Positions 1 to 10,315 of a stretch of DNA of 41,721 nucleotides are shown piece after piece. Position 1 is the first letter of the stretch. Each line of letters starts with the position of its first letter. This stretch comes from a bacterium (lineage in GTDB: Bacteria > Desulfobacterota > Anaeroferrophillalia > Anaeroferrophillales > Tharpellaceae), in NCBI GenBank assembly GCA_029932385.1, contig JAOZQE010000005.1, positions 1 through 41,721 on the forward strand. Direction: 5' to 3'. A program made the position numbers and the translations under genes. The notes under the pieces were generated by a model. That model did no database searches. It saw nothing but the letters and a program-made list of their open reading frames with translations, and had not been told where the DNA came from.

Positions 1-1
1 A

Positions 2-1351
2 AAGGGCGTCGACCTGACCCTCTTCGGGAGCAACAGATTCATCCCGACCTACTGTTACAACATGAATGACTTTGACAGCGACAAGGAAGACTTTGTAACC
101 CTGGATGAAGGCGGCTGGGGCGCGGGTTTCTTCGTCCGCAATGAACTCCGTCTCGGATTCTCCGGTAAAGGTGAGAACTTCGGTTTCCGCGTTATTCTTG
201 AGAATGACATCCACTACAGCAAAAACAACGGTGACCGTAATACCTACGGTACCTGGGGTAACACGAGTACTGACTTTGGCGCAGAGTTCGGCGTTGAACG
301 TTCAAAATTCTGGTATGACTTCGGTCCGATTCGTCTGACTACAGGTTGGGACGTAACCTGGGCTGATATCAAAACTGGTGGTCTCCTCTATGGTGATGAC
401 CATCCTTTCATTATGCTCTCCGGTAAAGTTGACAAAGTCATGGATTGGCAGGTCAACATGCTCATCATCGAAGATGCAGACGATCTTAACGGTAACTTCA
501 CCGGCAAATATCGTGATTCAGATTGGTATGCCTACATCGGCAAAATGAATTTCAAAGTTGCCGGCCTCACCCTCAGCCCGTTTGTATGTTTCAGTGACAT
601 GCGTAAAGGCTCCCAGGGTATCGGCAACTCCCAGGCTTATTATGGCGGTTTTGAAGCTTACGGCAAACTCGGCATCTTTCAGCCGAGTTTTGAAGCGGTC
701 TACGTTGGTGGTACGATCAACGATGCCTATAAGAACGGTAGCACTGATCAGGACGACTATGATATCAGCTCCTATGCTGCATATGCTTCTTTGAAGATTG
801 CTCTGATGCCTCAATTCCAGCCTTATATTGGTGGTTTCTACGTCGCTGGTGATGATGATAATACTGACAATGATGCTGAAGGTTTCGTTGGTATTACCAA
901 TATTACCCGTTATACCCCGACTTTCGGGATGGAAGGCGCTTACATGTATGAGCACATCTTTGGTCTTGGTTCACCGCTTTACGCTCTGACTCCTGAGCGT
1001 ATGGGTGGAACCGCTGCTCGTTACGGCGGTATCAGCGGAGCCGGTACTGGTGACAACCCCGGCCTCATCCATGTTGGTATGGGCGCCACCGGTAAAATCA
1101 GTGATATCTCCTACAAGGTTCAGACCTGCTACCTGTGGTTTGCCGAAGATCCTTATGCTGGCACCGCAAGAGAAGTTAGCGACGATGAGATTGGCCTGAC
1201 TATTGATGCCCAGGCTAAATATGCTCTCTCCCCGAATTTCTCGATCACCGGTACCATCAGTGGACTGCTCCCTGGTGACGGCGTTGAAGAGTTGATGGGC
1301 GAAGATGACATGGCTTGGATTACCCGTTGCGAATTCGTTTGGAAATGGTAA
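2..1351 (+). CDS. Outer-membrane beta-barrel/porin-like protein (5'-truncated by window edge)
   Basis: The frame is open from base 2 (KGVDLTLFGSTRFIPTY...) into the 62..1351 ORF. It has Gly/Asp/aromatic-rich alternating strands and a C-terminal aromatic residue (..CEFVWKW) typical of BAM substrates, and is followed by a terminator. Confidence 0.75.
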   Translation, partial: KGVDLTLFGSNRFIPTYCYNMNDFDSDKEDFVTLDEGGWGAGFFVRNELRLGFSGKGENFGFRVILENDIHYSKNNGDRNTYGTWGNTSTDFGAEFGVERSKFWYDFGPIRLTTGWDVTWADIKTGGLLYGDDHPFIMLSGKVDKVMDWQVNMLIIEDADDLNGNFTGKYRDSDWYAYIGKMNFKVAGLTLSPFVCFSDMRKGSQGIGNSQAYYGGFEAYGKLGIFQPSFEAVYVGGTINDAYKNGSTDQDDYDISSYAAYASLKIALMPQFQPYIGGFYVAGDDDNTDNDAEGFVGITNITRYTPTFGMEGAYMYEHIFGLGSPLYALTPERMGGTAARYGGISGAGTGDNPGLIHVGMGATGKISDISYKVQTCYLWFAEDPYAGTAREVSDDEIGLTIDAQAKYALSPNFSITGTISGLLPGDGVEELMGEDDMAWITRCEFVWKW

Positions 1352-1388
1352 TCAGCTTGTTAAGAACTTAAAGTTCTGAAGAATAATT

Positions 1389-1419
1389 AAAGGCCCGGCC
1401 AATTGGTCGGGCCTTTTTT
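1389..1419 (+). terminator. Rho-independent terminator
   Basis: AAAGGCCCGGCC-AATT-GGTCGGGCCTTTTTT hairpin plus T-run after the porin stop. Confidence 0.9.
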
Positions 1420-1420
1420 G

Positions 1421-1450
1421 TTGACACACTACCCGTAATGTATTACATTA
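1421..1450 (+). promoter_or_regulatory. Sigma70-type promoter with overlapping palindromic operator for the TA operon
   Basis: TTGACA (1421-1426), 17 nt, TACATT (1444-1449). The perfect inverted repeat TAATGTA-T-TACATTA (1436-1450) covers the -10. Confidence 0.7.
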
Positions 1451-1470
1451 TGCAATACGGAGGTGCAGAG

Positions 1471-1713
1471 ATGCTCACATTAAGACTTGATCCCACACTT
1501 GAACAAAATATAAATATAACTGCCAAAAGTCTCGGGTTATCCAAATCAGAATTAATCCGCAAAAGTATTCTCAGTTACCTTGAAAAGGTTGAACCCGTAA
1601 ATGCATGGGAAACCGGCAATGATCTGTTTGGAAAACATTCAAGTGGCCTCGGCAATCTATCAGCAGATCGAAAAAAATTAATCAAAACTAAAATTCAGGC
1701 AAAGAACCAATGA
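1471..1713 (+). CDS. Ribbon-helix-helix (CopG-like) antitoxin
   Basis: MLTLRLD...AKSLGLSKSELIRKSI is an RHH pattern. GGAGGT (1459-1464) favours ATG 1471 over 1438. The ORF overlaps the PIN gene by ATGA. Confidence 0.8.
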   Translation: MLTLRLDPTLEQNINITAKSLGLSKSELIRKSILSYLEKVEPVNAWETGNDLFGKHSSGLGNLSADRKKLIKTKIQAKNQ

Positions 1714-2135
1714 AAAAGATTCTCATTGATTCCGGCCCGTTAATAGCGTTGTTTGATGCTTCAGACAGATACCACCAAAAATCAATTGAGTTTATCAAAA
1801 ATAACAAATATCCTTTGCTTACAACTATCGCCTCGATAACCGAAACCCTGCATTTGTTGGATTTCAACCGGCAAGCACAAATCGACTTTTTGGAATGGAT
1901 AGATCGTGGAGCAATCGAAATTCACAATATTGAAATTAATGCCTTTCGCAGAATTAAGGAGTTAACCGAAAAATACCACGACCTGCCAATGGACTTTGCC
2001 GATTCGTGCCTGGTTTATTTAGCTGAGCAACTGAAACTTAATACGATTGCTACAATTGACCGGGACTTCACTGTTTACCGTATAGACGGGAGAAAAAAAT
2101 TCCATGTTGTTCTCTCTTTAACGGAAAAGCTATAA
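1710..2135 (+). CDS. PIN-domain (VapC-type) ribonuclease toxin
   Basis: PIN acidic motifs are present: ILIDSG (D), ITET (E), MDFADS (D), ATIDRDF (D). Confidence 0.9.
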   Translation: MKKILIDSGPLIALFDASDRYHQKSIEFIKNNKYPLLTTIASITETLHLLDFNRQAQIDFLEWIDRGAIEIHNIEINAFRRIKELTEKYHDLPMDFADSCLVYLAEQLKLNTIATIDRDFTVYRIDGRKKFHVVLSLTEKL

Positions 2136-2250
2136 ACCCTTGACAAGTAATACTCTTACCGGTAATACGCTCTAACAATCCAATAAACTATACATAAGAT
2201 CTAAATCAAATTTACTCACCTTAAACCATCAAATTCAATAAATACTATAT

Positions 2251-4041
2251 ATGACTAAATTTAAGCATCCTTTAATCGCGGTTATAATTTTACTCATTGC
2301 CTCCTTTTCACTAGCCGGCACTAAACTTCGTGCTGCGACTGACCCCTGGCAACCCCTGACCCAGACTATACAGAGCCATCTCAATCCCGGCAATCAGGCA
2401 GTGGGCAGGATCTCCCTGGTTCAGGGGACAACTGCGATCATTGCTTTGCATAACCCGCAGGTCAATATCGGCATGACCCTGGCGGTCAAAGGCAACAGCC
2501 TGCCCGGAGTCGCCCTGCCGCTACAGAATAACATTGCCCAAATTAAAATAACCCAGATTAATGGCAATCAGGGCCGCGGCATAATTCTGCCCGGCTCGGA
2601 GAAGATTCCCGCTGGCGCCCCGCTTTTTCCTCTGGCTCATAACCGGGTCTATCTCTACTCAAACTTAACCTCCCCCCGGAGCCTGCAACCGTATCAGGAT
2701 TTAACCCGGGCCCTGCAAGCGAATCGCATTCCTTTTGCAATCAAGACCTGGGAGCAGATCGCCGCCGGGGATACCCCGGGAATTCGCCCTCTGATTATCG
2801 CTTTTGAAGCTACCAACAACCTGATCTCCTGCCGCCTGACCGACCGCGAGCAAAGTCTCTTCTGGCAGAACAGTTTCAACTTGAATTTTGCCCCGCGGGT
2901 TACCCGCCGGGCCGGTGCCAGCTGGTCCCAACCTGCATATTTTGCAGCTTCATCAGCAAATTCAAACCGTAAAAACAGATCATTCACCAAAGCCTCAGGC
3001 CCGGCTCCGGGAAGTACGGCGGCCGGCAAAATTAAACTTAAAACCCCATATAAACGCCTTGTTTTCGCTGAATGTGATCAGAAACCGGGCCAGGAATTAG
3101 TCCTGCTCAATGATAAATGGCTTGAGGCTTATCACCTTAAAAACCTTAAACTTGTACCGGTTGGCCGCTATCGGTTGCCGCATAATGATATTATCCCGCT
3201 TAATCTACATGCCGGAGATTTCAACCATAACGGCCGCGATGAACTTTACCTGACGCTCGGCCGACCGGTCCTGGATATGGATAGAAATGACACCATTTTA
3301 ACCTCAATGATTGTTGAATTTACCGGCAAAATCCCCAAGCTTCTGGGTAAAGAGTACCCCTACTACTTTCGCGTCATAGAACAGCGCGACGGAAATAAAG
3401 TCCTGATGACCCAGGAGATGGATGAATATGATCAATATCTAGACCCAATCCGCTGGGGTGGATTTTATAACGGAAAGTTTGTCGTCAAAAAAGAGTATAA
3501 ACAGAGTCGCGATGTCTTCTCTCTCTACAACTTCAATTTCAGTCCCTTCGATAAAAATCATATCCTGGTCATCGATGAAGCCGGCAATGTTGCCGGATTT
3601 AATGCCCGGAATTCAGAACATTTAATTACCGCCGACAGTCAGTATGGAGTTTTTGACGAAACACCTTATATGCAAAAGCTTGAAGAAGAGATATATGAAG
3701 GTGGTTTTACGATTAAAACAACTGCTGTAACCCGGAATACGGCCCGCCGTTTTGTCAAACGCAAAAGTTACGGCAACCAGATCTTTCTCATCAAAAAACG
3801 CCGCACCATTAACCCCGAACTGCTCGATAAGGGGCTTGAACTGGTCACTGAAGAGGTGGTTAAATACGATCAAATCATCGGCCTGCAGTGGCGTAACGAT
3901 GAAATCCGCGAAACCTGGAGATCACCTAAATTTCCGCGCGATATCGTTGATTTTGCCTTTACCAAAGAGAACGGCAAAGAGATAATGGTCGTTCTGACCC
4001 GTAATAAAGATGGCAAATATGCGCTGGAATTGCTGCATTAA
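2251..4041 (+). CDS. Exported protein with FG-GAP/VCBS-like beta-propeller region
   Basis: N-terminal signal peptide. GDFNHNGRDELY and ECDQKPGQELV are FG-GAP-like motifs. The N-terminal segment resembles a FlgT-C-like beta domain. Confidence 0.6.
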   Translation: MTKFKHPLIAVIILLIASFSLAGTKLRAATDPWQPLTQTIQSHLNPGNQAVGRISLVQGTTAIIALHNPQVNIGMTLAVKGNSLPGVALPLQNNIAQIKITQINGNQGRGIILPGSEKIPAGAPLFPLAHNRVYLYSNLTSPRSLQPYQDLTRALQANRIPFAIKTWEQIAAGDTPGIRPLIIAFEATNNLISCRLTDREQSLFWQNSFNLNFAPRVTRRAGASWSQPAYFAASSANSNRKNRSFTKASGPAPGSTAAGKIKLKTPYKRLVFAECDQKPGQELVLLNDKWLEAYHLKNLKLVPVGRYRLPHNDIIPLNLHAGDFNHNGRDELYLTLGRPVLDMDRNDTILTSMIVEFTGKIPKLLGKEYPYYFRVIEQRDGNKVLMTQEMDEYDQYLDPIRWGGFYNGKFVVKKEYKQSRDVFSLYNFNFSPFDKNHILVIDEAGNVAGFNARNSEHLITADSQYGVFDETPYMQKLEEEIYEGGFTIKTTAVTRNTARRFVKRKSYGNQIFLIKKRRTINPELLDKGLELVTEEVVKYDQIIGLQWRNDEIRETWRSPKFPRDIVDFAFTKENGKEIMVVLTRNKDGKYALELLH

Positions 4042-4131
4042 CGCAGGGGAATCCATAAGTAAACGCACCTGCAAAGACACGGGATTGGGGAAAAAGGCAA
4101 TTTTTCAAGGTACCCTAGAGACTTTACCTTC

Positions 4132-4500
4132 ATGAACAATCAAACAGTAAACCGCCCCTGGGGTTCATATCGCTCGCTTTTACAAGCTGATAATCATCAG
4201 GTAAAAAAGCTTGTGGTTGAACCCGGCCAGCGTTTAAGCCTGCAGTCACATGAACGACGCTGTGAACACTGGGTTGTCACTCATGGCCCGGCCCTGGTCA
4301 CCGTGGGTGATAAGGAACAGATATTTAATACCGGCGAACATATATTTATCCCGCTTAAGGCCCGCCACCGCCTCGCCAACCCGGGAGATGATCCGATTAT
4401 AATTATTGAGGTTCAGCTCGGCGATTACCTGGGAGAAGATGATATAATAAGATACGCAGACGATTACCAGCGTGATCTCAAAAAGAGGGACTTAAAATAG
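4132..4500 (+). CDS. Type II phosphomannose isomerase-like cupin (stand-alone)
   Basis: RPWGSY...LSLQSHERRCEHWVV...HRLANPG...IIEVQLGDYLGEDDIIRYADDY matches the C-terminal PMI cupin of ManC/AlgA. Confidence 0.9.
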   Translation: MNNQTVNRPWGSYRSLLQADNHQVKKLVVEPGQRLSLQSHERRCEHWVVTHGPALVTVGDKEQIFNTGEHIFIPLKARHRLANPGDDPIIIIEVQLGDYLGEDDIIRYADDYQRDLKKRDLK

Positions 4501-4501
4501 T

Positions 4502-5578
4502 ATGCAAAAGATTTTTGGCGTAATTCTCGCCGGGGGCTCCGGCACCCGCTTCTGGCCTTTGAGCCGGCACAAAAAACCGAAACAGTTAATTCCGTTACTG
4601 ACCGGCCGCACCACCCTTGAAATTACGGTTGAGCGGCTGCTGCCTTATATTCCGGCGGCAAACCTGCTGGTAGTAACCAATCGGGAACAGTACGCTGATG
4701 TGGTCGCTAATTTAAGTCCATATCTGGAGGCGCAGCAGATTATCGCCGAACCTAGAGGACGTAACACCGCGCCGGCGATCGCTCTGGCGGCCCAGATTCT
4801 GATAGATAAAGCAGGTCCAGATGCAATCATGATGGTTTTTCCTGCAGATCACTATATCGGTGACCAGGAACGCTTTCACGCGCACCTTAAGAGGGCGGCG
4901 GAATGTGCTGCGGAAAACTCTCTTGTAACTCTGGGCATTAAACCGAATCGACCCGAAACCGGCTACGGCTATATTCAGGCAGGTGAACCCCTCGCCTCCA
5001 ATTCAGAGACAAACCTGGCGGCCTTTACGGTCAAACGTTTTGTTGAAAAACCCGACTACCGCACGGCCGCGATCTATTTAATGAATGGTGATTATTTCTG
5101 GAACAGCGGGATTTTCATCTGGAAAACCGGGGTTATTCTGGAAGAGATCAATAAAATTACACCTGATCTTGGTAAATCACTGGCATCTTTTGCCCGAAAA
5201 AACGACTCCGAAGAGGCCCAAGCCGCCCTTGAGCAACTCTACGATGAGGTTGAGTCGATCTCAATTGATGTCGGCATTATGGAACAATCACAACGAGTTA
5301 CGGTTGTACCGGCCGATTTTTCGTGGAGTGACCTCGGCAGTTGGGACTCTCTGGACGAGCTCGAACTTTCGCCCTTTTCCGACCAGCCGCCGGTAATCAA
5401 TATCGGAGCCACCGACAATACCATCTACAGTCGCAAACTCACCGCCCTGATTGATGTTGAGAACCTGCTTGTAGTTGAGAGTGATGACTCTCTTTTAATC
5501 TGCCGCAAAGGCAGTACGCAACAGGTCAAAGAGGTCGTTGCCGAACTCGACCGGAAAAACCTGAAACAGTACCTTTAA
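4502..5578 (+). CDS. manC: Mannose-1-phosphate guanylyltransferase
   Basis: Motifs ILAGGSGTRFWPLSR..KPKQ, EPRGRNTAPAI, PADHYI, PETGYGYI, FVEKP, WNSGIF and WSDLGSW. Confidence 0.92.
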   Translation: MQKIFGVILAGGSGTRFWPLSRHKKPKQLIPLLTGRTTLEITVERLLPYIPAANLLVVTNREQYADVVANLSPYLEAQQIIAEPRGRNTAPAIALAAQILIDKAGPDAIMMVFPADHYIGDQERFHAHLKRAAECAAENSLVTLGIKPNRPETGYGYIQAGEPLASNSETNLAAFTVKRFVEKPDYRTAAIYLMNGDYFWNSGIFIWKTGVILEEINKITPDLGKSLASFARKNDSEEAQAALEQLYDEVESISIDVGIMEQSQRVTVVPADFSWSDLGSWDSLDELELSPFSDQPPVINIGATDNTIYSRKLTALIDVENLLVVESDDSLLICRKGSTQQVKEVVAELDRKNLKQYL

Positions 5579-5756
5579 AACCGGCTGAAAGAATCTTGCG
5601 GAAAAATAAATTGAAAAATAATCTAAACTATGCGATAGCTTAAACTGTTTTAGAAAATGCTACTATCATGAAGCTCAGAGGTTTCCGTTGACAGCCTCCG
5701 GGCTTTATTAAAATTCAGGTTTTATTTTTACCTTTATATCTTTAGGAGAAAAGAAG

Positions 5757-6965
5757 ATGAGTCGAAAGATTTTACTGTTAAGCATTGTCATGGCTTTTTT
5801 AATCAGCGGCTGTGGCTGGCATATCCCGTTTTTTGGCAGCGATAAAGTTGAAGAAGACACACCCCTGGTACAAGACGCCGCTCAGGTGGATGAAGATCCG
5901 CAATACAGCGGCCAGCTTCAGGCTCCGGAACCGGATCCGAACCAGTACCAACAGCCGGCAAACCAGGCCCAATACGCTCAGCCGGCTGCGGCTTACGGGC
6001 AGAATCCGGGTACGGCTGCAGGCGGGGCTTTTCAGGCGGGTCAGCCCTATAATCCCAATACCAATTACGCCCTTAATGCCGGCTCCGGCTACGGCGCTCC
6101 TGCCGGTCAGCCGCAGCCTTACTATGGTGCGGGTGGCAACGGTATGCAACCGGCAGCAGCCCCTTACGGAAGCAACTTTAACGGCGGCCTGGGACAGAAC
6201 AATCCTGCTGCGAGCAGCGGCACAGCTTTCGGTACGCCCCAAAATGACAGCCTGGCTTTCAGCGGGATCAAGCGTAAAGTCCTCTATATTATCAGCTACC
6301 CGCAACGCGGCCTGACCCCAACCCCGCAGGATCAATTCAGCCAGAAAATTTATCAGCATCTGGCCCAGTCTCCGGGAATCAACCTGATCCCGAAAGAGGC
6401 GGTTGAGCGTTATAACGACGCCCACAACTCCCTCTCTTCGTCAATTGATGCCCACTCCCGGCTCAGTAAAATGGGACAGGGTCTCGGAGCTCAGGCCATC
6501 ATTCTGGAAAAAATCCAGTTTACTGCTAATTTCAACGATGGCGGAGCCTATGCGCCCCCGACCCAGCAGACTGAGATGCAGCTGATTGACACAGCGACCG
6601 GTTATCCGGTCAAAAGCTACAGCCTGAATCCCAGCACTCCGGGTGCGGCTCAGGTAATTGACGGTTTGGTAAACCATGTTCGGATGATCGACTGGAACGC
6701 TCGGGTCATCAAGGTTGAAAAGAAGCGAATTTTAATCAATGCCGGTCGTTTCAGCGGTCTCCAGGCCGGGCAGAACCTGCGGGTCTATGCCAAAGGCAGT
6801 GAGATAAAAGATCCGAAAAGTAAACTCTCTCTCGGTCAGGCTCAGGGGATTCTCAAGGGAACCGTCAAAGTAATTGACTTTTTCGGTCTCGACGGTGCCA
6901 TCTGCGAACCTCTGGCAGCAGCCGGCAAGTTCAAACAGGGTGACATGGTCAAAGCCGCAGAGTAA
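5757..6965 (+). CDS. Lipoprotein with Gln/Pro/Gly-rich linker and FlgT-C-like C-terminal domain
   Basis: Lipobox LISGC, a low-complexity Q/P/A/G/Y linker, and C-terminal INAGRFSGLQAGQNLRVY...IKDPKSKLSLG...GTVKV. AGGAG lies upstream. Confidence 0.7.
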   Translation: MSRKILLLSIVMAFLISGCGWHIPFFGSDKVEEDTPLVQDAAQVDEDPQYSGQLQAPEPDPNQYQQPANQAQYAQPAAAYGQNPGTAAGGAFQAGQPYNPNTNYALNAGSGYGAPAGQPQPYYGAGGNGMQPAAAPYGSNFNGGLGQNNPAASSGTAFGTPQNDSLAFSGIKRKVLYIISYPQRGLTPTPQDQFSQKIYQHLAQSPGINLIPKEAVERYNDAHNSLSSSIDAHSRLSKMGQGLGAQAIILEKIQFTANFNDGGAYAPPTQQTEMQLIDTATGYPVKSYSLNPSTPGAAQVIDGLVNHVRMIDWNARVIKVEKKRILINAGRFSGLQAGQNLRVYAKGSEIKDPKSKLSLGQAQGILKGTVKVIDFFGLDGAICEPLAAAGKFKQGDMVKAAE

Positions 6966-6976
6966 ATAGAACCATT

Positions 6977-8146
6977 ATGAATTATAAGGCACAGAGGCAG
7001 CTGACAGGCCTTGCACTTTCACTGATTATTGCAAGCCTGCTGCTCCTGGCAGGCTGTAATATCCCCTTTTTACCACGGCAAGAAATCGACTCATTCCCTA
7101 TGGATAATGAGCTGATTGAAACCATGGAAGTCACAGGAATCCTTTACACCTTGGTTGTCAACCCGCAGGCGGCCGGCGATCCGGACGCGCCCGCAGCAAT
7201 CTGGGTTCCGAGCTCGGCCTATCAGCGCGGCAGCTATGAAGTCTATACGGAGTATCTGCCCAAACCTGAAGAGAACCTTGAAGTTGCGAGGGCCGAACCT
7301 GCGACAGATGAAATCCCGACATCTGCTGCTCCTGGCGAAATCAGCCAGGATGAGATCACTGCCGCAGTTTTAGACCGTGAAGAAGAGCTCAAGGATAACC
7401 TTAAAGTCAACCTTAAGCTTCGGCGGCGGGCGCTGCTCTTTCCTTCCCGTATCTCAATCATCCGGCCCGAGATTGTAACTCTTTTGAGTCTTGAGCTTGA
7501 AGATAAATTACCTCTACGGGTTGATGAAACCCGGGATCCTAAACTCCTGCAACAGGGCCGCCTGCTGCTCAACCGTTCGGAAATTACGCATAAAGCCCAA
7601 AAATGGTTGCAAAATCAAGAAATTCCCACACCGTTTCAGTTTATTATCTTCCTTGACAGCAGTCCCGGCCGTAATTGCCAATTTTATACCTGTACCTGGA
7701 TTGACGCCCAGACCGGTAACCGGGTTGCCACATTCACCTTTCGCGCCAACCTTGAAGGCAAACTTTTAAGACCTCTGGTACCAGAGAATCCGGTACCCTT
7801 ACAAAATCTTATCAATTCAACTTCATGGTGGTGTAAAATCAGAAGCCGGCAAGAGGCTGATAACTATCTGCTGGAGGCCGGTCACCGCAGTGACCTTGAT
7901 TACGGCAGAGAACTTACGGTTTTCCGCAAAGCTGTGCCGATCAAAGATCCCAAAAGCCGCGACCGCCTCGGCTTTCTCTTTCGGGAAGCACTCGGTGTGG
8001 TTAACGTAGTCGACTTTTTTGCCGCAGATTCCAGCCTGGCTCAAGCTCAACTTCCTCTTAACGACAGCTTTAAGAGTGCCTGGGCCGTGGCAATGCCCAC
8101 TGAAGAGAGCGAAAAATCCCCAGCAGCCGTAATTCCGGCTGAGTGA
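6977..8146 (+). CDS. Lipoprotein with FlgT-C-like C-terminal domain (paralogue of upstream gene)
   Basis: Lipobox LLAGC. The C-terminal LEAGHRSDLDYGRELTVF...IKDPKSRDRLG...GVVNVVDFF aligns by eye with the upstream protein. Confidence 0.65.
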   Translation: MNYKAQRQLTGLALSLIIASLLLLAGCNIPFLPRQEIDSFPMDNELIETMEVTGILYTLVVNPQAAGDPDAPAAIWVPSSAYQRGSYEVYTEYLPKPEENLEVARAEPATDEIPTSAAPGEISQDEITAAVLDREEELKDNLKVNLKLRRRALLFPSRISIIRPEIVTLLSLELEDKLPLRVDETRDPKLLQQGRLLLNRSEITHKAQKWLQNQEIPTPFQFIIFLDSSPGRNCQFYTCTWIDAQTGNRVATFTFRANLEGKLLRPLVPENPVPLQNLINSTSWWCKIRSRQEADNYLLEAGHRSDLDYGRELTVFRKAVPIKDPKSRDRLGFLFREALGVVNVVDFFAADSSLAQAQLPLNDSFKSAWAVAMPTEESEKSPAAVIPAE

Positions 8147-8191
8147 CGCTTACTTACGAGTTTGTTTAATCATTTTCAAAAAGAGGTATGT

Positions 8192-9856
8192 ATGCGTTCA
8201 GACCTGATGACCAAAGGTATTGAGCGGGCACCGCACCGATCTCTCTTAAAAGCTATCGGTTATACTGACAGTGAATTAAAACGCCCGTTAATCGGTATCG
8301 CCCAGTCCGCCAATGAGGTAATTCCCGGCCATGTCCATCTGGACCGGGTCTGCCAGGCCGTAAAAGACGGTATCCGGATGGCCGGCGGCACACCGATGGA
8401 GTTTTCAACCATCGGTATCTGCGACGGTATCGCCATGGGCCATCAGGGCATGAAATACTCCCTGGCCTCACGTGAGCTGATCGCGGATTCGGTTGAAAGC
8501 ATGGCTCAGGCCTACCCTTTTGACGGCCTGGTACTACTGCCCAACTGCGATAAAATTGTTCCCGGAATGATCATGGCCGGCGCCCGGCTAGACCTGCCGA
8601 CGATTGTCATCAGCGGCGGCCCGATGCGAACCGGGGTCTGCAACGGCCGGGAGATTGATCTGATTACGGTTTTTGAAGGCATGGGAAAATTCAAGGTCGG
8701 CGATCTCAGTGAATCTGAACTTACCGAGATTGAGAATGCCGCCTGTCCCGGAGCCGGCTCCTGCAGCGGCATGTTCACTGCCAACTCAATGAACTGCCTG
8801 ACCGAGGCTTTGGGCATCGCCCTGCCCGGCAACGGCACCATTCTGGCAGTTGATGCGGCCCGGATCCGGCTCGCCAAAGAGAGTGGCGAAGCCTTGATGA
8901 ATCTGGTTGCAAAAAACATCACCATGCGCCAGATTTTAACCCGGGAGGCCTTTCATAACGCCCTCGCAGTTGATATGGCCTTCGGCGGCTCCACCAACAC
9001 TTCACTCCATCTTCCGGCAATCGCGCATGAGGCCGGGATCGAGCTGCCGCTGGCGGAATTTAACCGGGTCAGTGAAAAGACTCCGCATATCTGCAATATG
9101 TCACCCGGCGGCCCGGATCACATGGAAGATCTGCATCAGGCCGGCGGGGTCTCCGCAATCATGAAAACCCTGGCCCGACATAACCTCTTAAATGAAGAGA
9201 CCCTAAGTGTTACCGGTGAGACCCTTAAGGAAGTGCTTGCAGATCCCCGGGTAATGGTCCTAAATAATGAAACCATTCGCCCGCTGGACAACCCTTACCA
9301 TCCGACCGGCGGACTCGCGATCTTATCCGGCAATCTCGCCCCGGACGGTGCCGTAGTCAAGCAGTCGGCTGTAGCTCCTGAAATGCTTGAACATCAGGGC
9401 CCGGCTCGGGTTTTTGACTCCGAAGAGGCGGCCTTCTCGGCTATTATTAATCAGCAGATAAAACCTGGCGATGTGATTGTGATTCGTTATGAAGGCCCGC
9501 GAGGGGGCCCCGGCATGCGGGAGATGCTTTCACCGACTGCGGCTCTGGCCGGAATCGGGCTCGATAAAGAGGTTGCCCTGCTCACCGACGGCCGTTTCTC
9601 AGGCGGAACCCGGGGGGCGGCTATCGGCCATATTTCACCTGAAGCTGCCGCCGGAGGTCTTCTAGGTTTGGTGGCGGAGGGAGATCTGATCAAAATTGAT
9701 ATTCCCGGACGTAACCTGGAGCTCCTTGTTGATACAGACGAGCTTGAAAAACGCAACGCCGCCTGGCAGCCGCCGGCCGCCAAGATCAAGAAAGGTTACC
9801 TGGCCCGTTATGCCCGCCAGGTCGGTTCTGCCGCCAAAGGTGCGGTACTTGAGTAG
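8192..9856 (+). CDS. ilvD: Dihydroxy-acid dehydratase
   Basis: Motifs [53 protein letters not shown] and GHISPEAA. Start ATG 8192 follows GAGG. Confidence 0.97.
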   Translation: MRSDLMTKGIERAPHRSLLKAIGYTDSELKRPLIGIAQSANEVIPGHVHLDRVCQAVKDGIRMAGGTPMEFSTIGICDGIAMGHQGMKYSLASRELIADSVESMAQAYPFDGLVLLPNCDKIVPGMIMAGARLDLPTIVISGGPMRTGVCNGREIDLITVFEGMGKFKVGDLSESELTEIENAACPGAGSCSGMFTANSMNCLTEALGIALPGNGTILAVDAARIRLAKESGEALMNLVAKNITMRQILTREAFHNALAVDMAFGGSTNTSLHLPAIAHEAGIELPLAEFNRVSEKTPHICNMSPGGPDHMEDLHQAGGVSAIMKTLARHNLLNEETLSVTGETLKEVLADPRVMVLNNETIRPLDNPYHPTGGLAILSGNLAPDGAVVKQSAVAPEMLEHQGPARVFDSEEAAFSAIINQQIKPGDVIVIRYEGPRGGPGMREMLSPTAALAGIGLDKEVALLTDGRFSGGTRGAAIGHISPEAAAGGLLGLVAEGDLIKIDIPGRNLELLVDTDELEKRNAAWQPPAAKIKKGYLARYARQVGSAAKGAVLE

Positions 9857-9909
9857 ATTAAGATAATTTTTCAAGACACCCTTATAGTACTTTATCAGAA
9901 GGAGATACA

Positions 9910-10248
9910 ATGATGCCGGATTGTCTTTTTTGTAAAATTATCAACGGGGAGATTCCCTCGGATAAGGTCTATGAAGATGATATCATCTATGCTTTTAAGG
10001 ATATCAACCCCAAAGCTCCAGTTCATCTTTTGATTATCCCGAAAAAACACTACCCGACCCTTAATGACATTCCCGATGATGAGATGGGAATTATTGCCGA
10101 GATTCATAATGTGATAAAAAAACTGGCGCTTGAATTCGGCGTCGCTGAAAGCGGCTACCGAGTGCTTAGCAACGTCAATCGGGAGGGCGGCCAGGTTGTC
10201 TTCCATGTCCATTATCATCTCATCGGCGGCCGCCAGCTCCCCACCTGA
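9910..10248 (+). CDS. hinT: Histidine triad (HIT/HinT) nucleotide-binding protein
   Basis: DCLFCKII...DINPKAPVHLLIIPKKH...GQVVFHVHYHLIGG. Confidence 0.92.
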   Translation: MMPDCLFCKIINGEIPSDKVYEDDIIYAFKDINPKAPVHLLIIPKKHYPTLNDIPDDEMGIIAEIHNVIKKLALEFGVAESGYRVLSNVNREGGQVVFHVHYHLIGGRQLPT

Positions 10249-10315
10249 GTAGCAAGCTAATTACAACCCGGGACATTGGGTAATTTTCTTCCACTTCTTG
10301 CGCATAATTTTTCAT

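Noticed and set aside
1438-1470. Longer antitoxin start at 1438
   Set aside because: It lies inside the predicted promoter/operator and has no RBS, whereas ATG 1471 has GGAGGT.
5757-8146. Flagellar flgT genes
   Set aside because: Only the C-terminal domain resembles FlgT, and there are no flagellar genes in the window.
8144-10248. Other TGA stops (8144-8146, 10246-10248) as Sec codons
   Set aside because: They fall at natural protein ends, lack a Cys-motif context and have no convincing downstream hairpin or continued domain.
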